DNA of 64,000 bases from Cloacibacterium sp. (GCA_046296655.1 JBKBLE010000011.1:290-64289); one strand, 5' to 3'. Numbered from the stretch's first letter, positions 40,448 to 48,497 are shown. The notes: a model not told the origin generated them from the sequence alone. A program made the numbers and translations.

Positions 40448-41492
40448 CTAAACTTAATTTTCTTAATTTTTTTTCAATTTTTAGATTTTCGGTCAAGATT
40501 TTTATTCCGTCTTTTAGAGTGAGATTCTCAGTGCCAGATTTTTTATTTATTGCTGCAATTTTGCTCATAATTTTCCAGTGTTTATAGATTTCTTTCCAGG
40601 CGAAAAAAAGAGAATGTTTAGGATCATACATATGTGTAGGTTCGCTTTTGCTACCGTTAAGTTCTATAATTTTAAAATTTTGCCCTTGTTTTAGCAGCGC
40701 CAGATTATCATACATAATATCTAATCTGCCATAGTAAAAACCATCTATTTCTTTACAAATTTCATCTATTTTTGCTTCTAGATTTTCATCTATTTCATGA
40801 GAAATATCTATAAATTCAGCTCCACGAGTGTGGCTTCCGAAAGGCATTAAATCTATTTTTTTATTTTCGGGAATAATAATATTCCATTCTTTAGAAAATC
40901 TTTTCTGCAAGGTTTTAAAATGAATTTCGCTTCTGGGATTTTGTTTTATGAGTTCTGCTAAAGTGTTTTGTCCGTTTCCTGTTACGTTTAAAAAATTTTT
41001 CTTTACCACGCCGGTAATTTTTCCCTTTTTATGATGAGGAAAACGATGATAAAAAACACCAATTTCATTTGTGAATTCAATTTTTTCCTGAATAATAAAA
41101 TCATAATCGCAGGTCAATAAATATTGCTGCAGATCATTTTTGTTGTCTAAAATTTCTACACCTAAACCTTTTAAACCAATATCTGGTTTTATAATGAGAG
41201 GAAATGTGATTTCTTTTTTCTGAATTTGATTGATGACAGTTTCCGGCGCTGATTTTTTTCTGAAAAATAAAGTTTTCGGAATGTGTTTTTCTGGGATGAT
41301 GTTGTAAATAAGTGCTTTAGAATCCATTGCCATTCCACCGAAAGGTAATGCAGGATTTGCTTGGTGAAAGAAAAATAAAGATTTTGCTCTGCAAGAAAGA
41401 TAAAGCCAAAAAGGAAGCATAGGAATATAGATTGCTGGTGTACTCCAATATTCCCAATTTTTTAGTTGATGTATTTTTAGTTTAAAACTCAT
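40440..41492 (-). CDS. ATP-grasp protein (Ddl-like fold, function unknown)
   Basis: FPLIIKPDIGLKGLGV, FIIQEKI, YYGRLDI and IIELNG. Confidence 0.8.
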   Translation of the reverse strand: MSFKLKIHQLKNWEYWSTPAIYIPMLPFWLYLSCRAKSLFFFHQANPALPFGGMAMDSKALIYNIIPEKHIPKTLFFRKKSAPETVINQIQKKEITFPLIIKPDIGLKGLGVEILDNKNDLQQYLLTCDYDFIIQEKIEFTNEIGVFYHRFPHHKKGKITGVVKKNFLNVTGNGQNTLAELIKQNPRSEIHFKTLQKRFSKEWNIIIPENKKIDLMPFGSHTRGAEFIDISHEIDENLEAKIDEICKEIDGFYYGRLDIMYDNLALLKQGQNFKIIELNGSKSEPTHMYDPKHSLFFAWKEIYKHWKIMSKIAAINKKSGTENLTLKDGIKILTENLKIEKKLRKLSLVG

Positions 41493-42189
41493 GTTGCAAT
41501 TTTGTGTTTTTTTCTAGCGTAACTTGGTTTTCATATTCCCAATGTTTAATGTAAATTTCTTCTGAAATAATAATTTGAGTGGTACTAATGGTTTTTACCA
41601 GATTGTTTCGGTTCATCATAATTCCGTTTTCGGTATCATTGGTTTTGTTTTGATGAAATGCCAAAATATTTTCAGCGTTTGTTTCTTTGTCTAAGAAAAA
41701 ATCAGTGAACCAAGTCTCTCGTTTTTCTTTTGCTGCAGTATTATACAAAGTAGAAGAAGACCAAATGTGTTTTTCTGAAAAATCTAGCTCTCTGAAAAAT
41801 TTTTCTTCGCCATTCCAGCGAAATTCTACTAAATTTTTGTTGAAGAAAATAATTAATGTGAATGGTTCTATCAAATAAAGGTCTAGTTCTTCTATTGCAG
41901 AAATGATATTGTTTTTTTCTAAAATTTCAAGTACAATTAAACCTCTGCTTTTTCTGTAGTTTTTATTTTTTTCATGTTTTGTAAAAGCACCGTTCAGTAA
42001 AATAACAGCGTTTCCTTTTTCTGAAACTGCACACCAAGTTCCGCCTGCTTTTTCGTCTTTAGGAAAGAAAAACTTCTGTTGGTTTATATTTTTTTCTTCT
42101 AAGATAATTGCAGAGCGTTTTGGTTGTTCGTCTCGGTTAGAAGTAAGAATAAAACCTTCTTTGGTGTTAAAAAAAGTTACGGTGCACAT
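41482..42189 (-). CDS. NRDE/TANGO2 family protein (Ntn-hydrolase-like)
   Basis: N-terminal MCTV, SNRDE, KAGGTW and SRG motifs. Confidence 0.92.
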   Translation of the reverse strand: MCTVTFFNTKEGFILTSNRDEQPKRSAIILEEKNINQQKFFFPKDEKAGGTWCAVSEKGNAVILLNGAFTKHEKNKNYRKSRGLIVLEILEKNNIISAIEELDLYLIEPFTLIIFFNKNLVEFRWNGEEKFFRELDFSEKHIWSSSTLYNTAAKEKRETWFTDFFLDKETNAENILAFHQNKTNDTENGIMMNRNNLVKTISTTQIIISEEIYIKHWEYENQVTLEKNTKLQHEF

Positions 42190-42689
42190 TATGAAATATT
42201 TTGTTTTCTGTATAAAACGGTAGAAGCAGCTACACCAAAATCATCTGTTACCAAATGTTCTATGTTTAATTCTTTTACTGCTACTTTTACCAGAGCTTGA
42301 TGATGTATGCAGTGTTCTATATTATAAAGCAATTCTCGGTCAAAATTGGTAATAATATCCACAGAATTATGTGTAAGAGTCATTTCTTTATTGGGCAAAT
42401 CAATTTTAGAAAGTATTTCTTTGATTTTTGTAACAGCAAATTCTGTATTGTTTTCTAAGGTTTTATTTCTCTCTCTAGCATCATATTCTACAATGCCAGA
42501 ATTATATGAGCTTAAGAGTAAATCTAGAAATTCTATCATGTGTCTTGTATGTCCGCCAATTGTAGAAGAGTTAAGTGTGAAAATAGGTTTAGTATATTCT
42601 AAATCAGAAATTTTTTCTAAAAGAAAAATGTGTTCAGACAGAACATTTATCAAAGCATTAAAAAGTGTATTATTCTGAGATTTTTGCAT
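42189..42689 (-). CDS. DinB family protein
   Basis: IGGHTRH and RELLYNIEHCIHH metal-ligand histidines, four-helix pattern. Confidence 0.85.
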   Translation of the reverse strand: MQKSQNNTLFNALINVLSEHIFLLEKISDLEYTKPIFTLNSSTIGGHTRHMIEFLDLLLSSYNSGIVEYDARERNKTLENNTEFAVTKIKEILSKIDLPNKEMTLTHNSVDIITNFDRELLYNIEHCIHHQALVKVAVKELNIEHLVTDDFGVAASTVLYRKQNIS

Positions 42690-43047
42690 GTTTTAAATTT
42701 TTATAAACCAATATTAAACAAAATATGGCGGTTGTTATAGCCAGATAAAATAATTTTCCGTTGTCATTATTTGTTTCAATTCCCAAAATAAAAATGTGTG
42801 AAACAATAGCACCTATCATTGTGAAAAAGCCTAATAATGCTCCCCAGAAAGTAGTTTTCGGGTTTAGGATTAATATAGCAGTAATTAGCTCCAAAACTCC
42901 AGAAAAAACCCTCCCGAAAGGTTCTGCGTGAAGCTTAGAAAAAATGGCAACAGAGTCTGGATGTGCTGTAAATTTAAAAAATAAAGTCTGTAGTAAAATA
43001 ATGGCAGGAACTAATCGCAATGCCCAATTAATAAAATTTTTCATCAT
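42670..43047 (-). CDS. DoxX family membrane protein
   Basis: ILLQTLFFKFT...GVLELITAILIL...GAIVSH. Start at ATG 43047/43044 rather than the track's 43173, which overlaps the DM13 gene. Confidence 0.85.
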   Translation of the reverse strand: MMKNFINWALRLVPAIILLQTLFFKFTAHPDSVAIFSKLHAEPFGRVFSGVLELITAILILNPKTTFWGALLGFFTMIGAIVSHIFILGIETNNDNGKLFYLAITTAIFCLILVYKNLKHAKISE

Positions 43048-43054
43048 TTGTGTA

Positions 43055-43483
43055 TTATAATTTTTGAAGTAATGCGTAAGAAAATAAATGATTGTATTGT
43101 TGGCAATGAACAACGGCGTATTTGTAATCGTCGAAATTGATTGCACTTGTGAACGTGTATGTTTGTCCACCATTCACAGATTTTAGTCTTCCAAGTGAAA
43201 CAAATTGAGTTGGTTGCTGTTCTTTGCTTACATAAACATACAAATCCGGACCGTTATTGATGGTAAAACTATCATTGAAAACTAATGTGAAAATGCCATT
43301 TTTTTCGTAAATCTCGGCTTTTCCGTTCACGTTATTTCCGTAAGGTCCTTGCGTAAAGTTTCCCGAATATTTCAAAATAGCATTTTCGGGAGCCATTTCC
43401 ATCAGATCTTCTGTAGAGGTGTTTTCTCTGATGCAAGAAACTAAAAGAAATGATGTTATCAGTAAAGTAAGAAATGCTTTCAT
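43055..43483 (-). CDS. DM13 domain lipoprotein
   Basis: Lipobox LLVS|C, GPDLYVYVS, LGRLK and VVHCQQYNHLFSYA. Confidence 0.85.
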   Translation of the reverse strand: MKAFLTLLITSFLLVSCIRENTSTEDLMEMAPENAILKYSGNFTQGPYGNNVNGKAEIYEKNGIFTLVFNDSFTINNGPDLYVYVSKEQQPTQFVSLGRLKSVNGGQTYTFTSAINFDDYKYAVVHCQQYNHLFSYALLQKL

Positions 43484-43487
43484 AATT

Positions 43488-43940
43488 CTACTTTGTAGTT
43501 ATCTTTTTCCAATTTTGATCGGCTTGTTTTTTTAGTGTTTCTTCATTTTTGTTCCAAGAATTGAGCGTGTTGGTGAACAATTTATTGTAGAAAAGATAAG
43601 TTTTGCCATTAATTATTTTAAAAGTAGTTGGGTTAATTTCTACTTTCTCACCATTATCTCCCATTGCAAAAGCACACCAACCTCCATAAACAGGCTCATA
43701 TTTTGAGGGATTTTTTGTAAGAAGTTCTTTGTTTTTGGCAGAAGAAGTGTAGTAAATAGCTCCATTTACATTTACTGCAAAATCTTTTTTCCCTTTTACC
43801 GCTTTTTTTTGCTCAATATATGCAACAGGATCATAACCCTGAATTGCTAATTTGTTTTCTAAATTTCTATGCTCTGTTTTTTGAGAAAAAGCAAAAAAAT
43901 GAACTAAGAAAACGAGAATAATTGCGATGTGTTTTTTCAT
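43488..43940 (-). CDS. Exported YHS-domain protein
   Basis: AIQGYDPVAY, PSKYEPVYGGWCAFAM and GKTYLFYN. Sec signal. Confidence 0.88.
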   Translation of the reverse strand: MKKHIAIILVFLVHFFAFSQKTEHRNLENKLAIQGYDPVAYIEQKKAVKGKKDFAVNVNGAIYYTSSAKNKELLTKNPSKYEPVYGGWCAFAMGDNGEKVEINPTTFKIINGKTYLFYNKLFTNTLNSWNKNEETLKKQADQNWKKITTK

Positions 43941-43949
43941 AAATTTTAA

Positions 43950-44912
43950 TTAAAGTTGTTTTAAAATATCTTCTAATGAAGCTCTCACTTTATAATCGGG
44001 GTTGAAGTGTCGCCAAATAATTTTTTGATTTTCATCTAATATATAAGTAGCAGAAACAGGGAGTCTTCCAGTTTCGTCTGAACGGCTTTTTTTGAAATCG
44101 TCTCCTAAATGTTTTTCGTATAAGTCTAAAGTTTTTCTTTCAGGAATGTAGAGTACATCAAAAAGTTCTGCGATTTTATAATTTTCATCATACAAAACAG
44201 AATATGAAGTTTTGGTTTTATCGATGGTTTTTGCAATGAACTCGGGCTTTTCGGGTGAAATAATTACCAGTTGTGTATTTTTAGATTCTAATTCAGGAGC
44301 AATATTTTGAAGACTTTCTACATACTTATTGCAGTAAGGACACCATTGTCCACGAATGAAAACCAAAACTGTTTTCTTTTTTTCCTGAGACAGAGAAAAT
44401 GTATTGCCAAACTGATCTTGTGCAGTAAAATCTGGGATAGTTTCGCCTACCAATTTACCTTTTACCTCAGCTAAAGTTGGCGTTTTGTTACCTAAATTTC
44501 TTTTTTCTAAAACCGAATATCCAACAGTAAGAAACTGTTTTGCGTTGTAATATCCATAATCGTACTGTACCAGTTCACCATTTTTATCTAAGAAAAGAAA
44601 AGAGGGATAATTTACAATTTTGAATTTTTTGGCAAGATCTACACCTTCTTTTTCGGCATCAATGTAAAGGCTGATAAAATTTTTGTTGAAAAATGCTCCC
44701 AATTCTGCATCAGGAAATGTATTCTTTTTCATTAGCTTGCAAGGTCCGCACCATGTAGTGTACAAGTCAATGAAAATGAGTTTGTTTTCTTGCTGAGCCA
44801 GTTTCTTGGCTTCTTCTAAATTTTTAGTCTGAAAATTGATTCCGTCTTTGCTTTGTGCATTAAATGAAATACCAACTAAAAATAAAACGGTATAAATGAT
44901 TTTTGTAAACAT
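43950..44912 (-). CDS. Exported fusion: thioredoxin (WCGPC) + AhpC/TSA peroxiredoxin-like domain (WCPYC)
   Basis: IDLYTTWCGPCK and FIRGQWCPYC. C-terminal LPVSATYILD...DYKVRAS. Confidence 0.85.
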   Translation of the reverse strand: MFTKIIYTVLFLVGISFNAQSKDGINFQTKNLEEAKKLAQQENKLIFIDLYTTWCGPCKLMKKNTFPDAELGAFFNKNFISLYIDAEKEGVDLAKKFKIVNYPSFLFLDKNGELVQYDYGYYNAKQFLTVGYSVLEKRNLGNKTPTLAEVKGKLVGETIPDFTAQDQFGNTFSLSQEKKKTVLVFIRGQWCPYCNKYVESLQNIAPELESKNTQLVIISPEKPEFIAKTIDKTKTSYSVLYDENYKIAELFDVLYIPERKTLDLYEKHLGDDFKKSRSDETGRLPVSATYILDENQKIIWRHFNPDYKVRASLEDILKQL

Positions 44913-44925
44913 AAAATAAATGATT

Positions 44926-44962
44926 TATTATTAAGTTCCAAAAAGCAAAAAAAATCACCCAA
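44926..44962 (-). promoter_or_regulatory. Candidate alternative-sigma promoter, copy A
   Basis: Minus strand TTGGGTGA-TTTTTTTT-GCTTTTT-GGAACTTAATAATA, 13 nt upstream of the ATG at 44912. The upstream half overlaps a terminator-like hairpin behind the sigma gene. Confidence 0.6.
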
Positions 44963-45011
44963 TGAAAAGGTGATTTTTTAAAATATATATGTAAATTATT
45001 GATAATCAGGA

Positions 45012-45575
45012 TTAAAAATTATCTTCTTTTTTTATTTTCCGAATCTGCTCTACGCATTTATGTTTTTGATTTTGAGCATTATGTTTGCTAGAATACTTAT
45101 ATTTTTCCTGAATTTCATCAATATTTTTGTTCTTCATAAAAATATCGTGAATGAGATTTTGGCAATGTGCAGAAATTTCATTGATGTAATCATTCAGTTT
45201 GTCCCAATAATTCCTTTCGTTTTCTATTGCCAGATTTATTTCTTCTTTATTTTCAAAGTAATAACTTTCATAGACTTCTACAGAAAAATTTCTATTTCGC
45301 AGTTTTTTTAACCAAAGGTTTTTAGAAATTCCGGTTACATAATTTGCGAGGCAAGTGTAGGCTTTGAAATGATCATCGTATAGTTTTTCATACAAAATAA
45401 TCAACGCATCCTGAAAAACATCTTCTGCATCTTCCAGGTTTCCTTTGTTTTCGAGAACAAATTTCCGAGTGTAGCCAAAATATTTTTTATAAAGAATTCC
45501 AAAAGCAATATTATTATCTTTCTGGAAATCTTCTATTGCCAAAGAATTCGTAGTTCTTTTATTCATCTTTTTCAT
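45012..45575 (-). CDS. ECF-type RNA polymerase sigma-70 factor
   Basis: Region 2 (DAEDVFQDALIILYEK...KNLWLKKLR) and region 4 (HCQNLI...IDEIQEK...AQNQKHKC). 187 aa. Confidence 0.88.
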   Translation of the reverse strand: MKKMNKRTTNSLAIEDFQKDNNIAFGILYKKYFGYTRKFVLENKGNLEDAEDVFQDALIILYEKLYDDHFKAYTCLANYVTGISKNLWLKKLRNRNFSVEVYESYYFENKEEINLAIENERNYWDKLNDYINEISAHCQNLIHDIFMKNKNIDEIQEKYKYSSKHNAQNQKHKCVEQIRKIKKEDNF

Positions 45576-46518
45576 GCTTTTTTTTACAATAGATTTCTTT
45601 TCTCTTAATGCTGATTTCGTGGGAGTTGCTTCTAAAGAATTTCCCGTTTTCAGAAAAGATTACTTTTTCTATTTCAATGCCCGTGAAGCCAAGTTTTCTA
45701 ATAATTTCTACAATTATTGTTTTGTGTTTTTTTAGTAATTTTTCTTTGTCTAAAACAAATTCTTTTTCGTCTCCACTTATTAAGATTTCTTCAAATGTTT
45801 TTTGAATTTCTTCTTGAAAAAACTGGTTTGCACTATTAAGATATGAAAGACTTTCTTGAAATTGATTCAAAAAATTAGGAAAAATTTCTAATAATTTGGG
45901 CGTTAGATGATGTCTGATTTTATTTCTCAGATAATCATCTTTTTGGTTGCTTTTATCTTCTCTAAAATCGATGTTGTTTTCTTCTGCAAAAGCATAAATT
46001 TCGGATTTTGAGAAGGTCAAAAACGGGCGCAAAATTCGGTTTTCATTTTTAGGAATTCCGCTCAATCCTTTAATTCCCGAACCTCTGGAAAGATTGATGA
46101 TAAAGGTTTCTAATTCATCATTGAGATGGTGTGCCGTAACAATATAGTCCAAGTTTTCTTCTTCTAAAATTTTAAAAAAGAAATCATACCTCAATTCTCT
46201 CGCCCAATTTTGAAGCGATTTCATTTGAGCTTTTTCTTCTTCTGAAACATCTTTTAGATGAAATTTGATGTCATTTTTTTTGCAAAAATCTTCTACCAAT
46301 TTTTGGTCAAGATTAGAATCTTCTCCTCGGAAATGATAGTTTACATGAGCTACTTGGAACTCTAGACCTTTGTCATTTTGAGCGGAGTCGAAAAATCTAA
46401 ACAAGTGCGAAAGCACCATAGAATCTGCACCACCCGAAACAGCCAAAAGAAATTTTTTAGAAAAAATGTCTTCTCCTAAAACTTCTAAATTTTCCTTAAA
46501 ATTGTTAAAATCTAACAA
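45559..46518 (-). CDS. tilS: tRNA(Ile)-lysidine synthetase
   Basis: AVSGGADSMVL PP-loop, TAHHLNDELET and RNKIRH. TTG start; overlaps the sigma start by 17 bp. Confidence 0.95.
   Translation of the reverse strand: MLDFNNFKENLEVLGEDIFSKKFLLAVSGGADSMVLSHLFRFFDSAQNDKGLEFQVAHVNYHFRGEDSNLDQKLVEDFCKKNDIKFHLKDVSEEEKAQMKSLQNWARELRYDFFFKILEEENLDYIVTAHHLNDELETFIINLSRGSGIKGLSGIPKNENRILRPFLTFSKSEIYAFAEENNIDFREDKSNQKDDYLRNKIRHHLTPKLLEIFPNFLNQFQESLSYLNSANQFFQEEIQKTFEEILISGDEKEFVLDKEKLLKKHKTIIVEIIRKLGFTGIEIEKVIFSENGKFFRSNSHEISIKRKEIYCKKKHEKDE
46371..46398. repeat. GTCAT-headed REP-like remnant inside tilS
   Basis: TGTCATTTTGAGCGGAGTCGAAAAATCT, translated on the minus strand as RFFDSAQND in a loop after the PP-loop helix. 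Confidence 0.6.
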
Positions 46519-46606
46519 AACTGCCTATTTTTAGGCAAATATAATTCTTCTTGTGGAATGAATTTTGTAATTTTGGTAACAATAATTTTAAAAAGATAAA
46601 AGCTTT

Positions 46607-47443
46607 ATGAAAATTTTAAAAATTTTTGCTGTTGGAGCAATCGCACTTACGCTTACTTCATGTGTGAGCAAAAAGCAATATGATGCATTAAATCTTAATT
46701 ACAAACAATGTATTGAGAATGCAGGAGAGAGACAAAGACAAATTCAAGATTTACAAGCAGCTAATGCAGGTTTGACCAGTGAAAACAATTTATTAAGAGA
46801 CCAAAATGGTGCACTTAAATCTTCACTAGACGCTTGTTTGGAAAACGCAGGAAAAGGTTCTGCTAATATTGATAAATTAATTGGAGAGATTAATGCTTCT
46901 AACTCTTACATTAAGCGTTTGATTTCTACCAATTCTAGAAATGACAGTTTAAATTTAGCTTTATCTAATAAATTGAAAAGAAGTTTAGATAATGTAGCAG
47001 ATGCAGATGTAGACGTAAAAGTTCTAAAAGGAGTAGTGATGATTTCACTTTCTGACAAAATGCTTTACAAAACAGGAGATTACAATGTTTTACCAGCTGC
47101 TCAAGAAGTTCTAGGAAAAGTGGCTAAAGTGATTAATGATTATGACACTTACAGTGTTCTCATAGAAGGAAATACAGATAACGTTCCTTTAGCAAGTGCT
47201 AATTTACCAAAAGACAACTGGGATTTATCTGCACTTAGAGCTACTTCTGTTGCGAGAATTTTACAAACACAATTTGGGGTAAATCCTAGCAGAATCACAG
47301 CAGGAGGTAGAAGCGAGTACAATCCTAAAACGACCAATGCTTCCGTTTCTGGACGTGCAGAAAACCGTAGAACGGAAATTATCATCATGCCTAAGCTAGA
47401 TGAATTCATGAAACTAATGGACATCGCTCCAGTAAAAAAATAA
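46607..47443 (+). CDS. OmpA/MotB-like peptidoglycan-binding lipoprotein with coiled coil
   Basis: Lipobox LTS|C, IEGNTD, NWDLSALRA and NRRTEIII. Confidence 0.9.
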   Translation: MKILKIFAVGAIALTLTSCVSKKQYDALNLNYKQCIENAGERQRQIQDLQAANAGLTSENNLLRDQNGALKSSLDACLENAGKGSANIDKLIGEINASNSYIKRLISTNSRNDSLNLALSNKLKRSLDNVADADVDVKVLKGVVMISLSDKMLYKTGDYNVLPAAQEVLGKVAKVINDYDTYSVLIEGNTDNVPLASANLPKDNWDLSALRATSVARILQTQFGVNPSRITAGGRSEYNPKTTNASVSGRAENRRTEIIIMPKLDEFMKLMDIAPVKK

Positions 47444-47465
47444 ATTTGCTTTTTCGCAATGAACC

Positions 47466-47501
47466 AAACCTTCAAGGATTCTAAATCCTTGAAGGTTTTT
47501 T
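47466..47501 (+). terminator. Intrinsic terminator after the OmpA-like gene
   Basis: AAACCTTCAAGGATT-CTA-AATCCTTGAAGGTTT followed by a T-run. Confidence 0.85.
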
Positions 47502-47558
47502 ATTTTCAAAAAATCATTAGAAATTCTGTAATTTTGTAAAAAATCATCACATCGATCC

Positions 47559-48203
47559 ATGAGTTATTTCGAAGAATTGCATCCAGAAATGGATAGATAT
47601 TTAGAAGATACCGCTTCTGCAGAACCAGAAATTTTGAAAAGATTGCGCAAAGAAACTTTTCAGAAAACTACACAACCGCACATGATTTCTGGTTATCTCC
47701 AAGGAAGATTGCTTTCTTTGATTTCAAAAATGATTTCACCGAAAAACATTCTAGAAATTGGAACTTTCACTGGTTATGCAGCGCTTTGTTTGGCTGAAGG
47801 TTTACAGAAAGACGGGAAATTAACCACTTTAGATGTTAATGAAGATTTGGCTTATTTACCTCAAAAATATTTTGCCCAAAGTGAATTTGCTTCTCAAATA
47901 GACTTTAAATTACAAGATGCTAAAGAATTTTTAAAAAATTCTAGCGAAACCTTTGATTTGATTTTCATTGATGCAGACAAAGAAAACTATCCAGAATATT
48001 TACAATTGGTGAAACCCCGAATGAAATCAGGGAGTGTTTTGATGATTGATAATGTACTTTGGTACGGAAAAGTGCTCGATGAAAAGGGAAATAAGCAAAC
48101 CGAACAGATAAAACTCGTGAATAAATTAGTTGCTGAAGATGCGGATTTTGAAAATGTAATTTTACCTTTGCGAGACGGAATTCATTTAGTTCGTAAAAAA
48201 TAA
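47559..48203 (+). CDS. SAM-dependent O-methyltransferase (Methyltransf_3 type)
   Basis: LEIGTFTGYA, FIDADK, DNVLWYG and LPLRDG. Confidence 0.92.
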   Translation: MSYFEELHPEMDRYLEDTASAEPEILKRLRKETFQKTTQPHMISGYLQGRLLSLISKMISPKNILEIGTFTGYAALCLAEGLQKDGKLTTLDVNEDLAYLPQKYFAQSEFASQIDFKLQDAKEFLKNSSETFDLIFIDADKENYPEYLQLVKPRMKSGSVLMIDNVLWYGKVLDEKGNKQTEQIKLVNKLVAEDADFENVILPLRDGIHLVRKK

Positions 48204-48206
48204 ATT

Positions 48207-48452
48207 CTCGCAGATTGAGCAGATTTTGCTGACTTAAAAATTATAATAGAAATAAATTTGTTTTCACATTATGAGTTAAATTAAAAACTCTCGCAGATTG
48301 AGCAGATTTGGCGGATTATAAAAATTGTAATAAAAATAAATCTGTTTTAACATTATGAGATAAATTAAAAATTCTCGCAGATTGAGCAGATTATGCTGAT
48401 TTTAAAATTGCATAGAAAAAATCTGCTTAATTCGCAAAATCAGCGAGAGATA
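48207..48452. repeat. Three ~83-84-bp tandem units headed by CTCGCAGATTGAGCAGATT, closed by an inverted arm (9-nt period)
   Basis: Heads at 48207, 48290 and 48374. Inverted arm AATCTGC...AATCAGCGAGAG at 48419-48449. Confidence 0.9.
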
Positions 48453-48497
48453 TAAAAATAAGAATAGATTTCAAATAAAAAACTTATAAAAACCACA

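Noticed and set aside
40440-41492. True D-alanine--D-alanine ligase (ddl)
   Set aside because: Only generic ATP-grasp motifs are present, the typical Ddl N-terminal GGxSxEHxVS motif is absent, and the context is not cell-wall synthesis.
42670-43173. 167-aa extended DoxX start from the ORF track
   Set aside because: The extension overlaps the DM13 gene by over 100 bp. ATG 43047/43044 gives a normal DoxX N-terminus.
43488-43940. Selenoprotein (YHS family members can carry Sec)
   Set aside because: The relevant position in GGWCAFA is a TGT Cys codon, and there is no in-frame TGA.
48207-48452. CRISPR array
   Set aside because: The would-be spacers are similar to each other rather than unique, there are only three units, the repeat has 9-nt internal periodicity, and there are no cas genes in the window.
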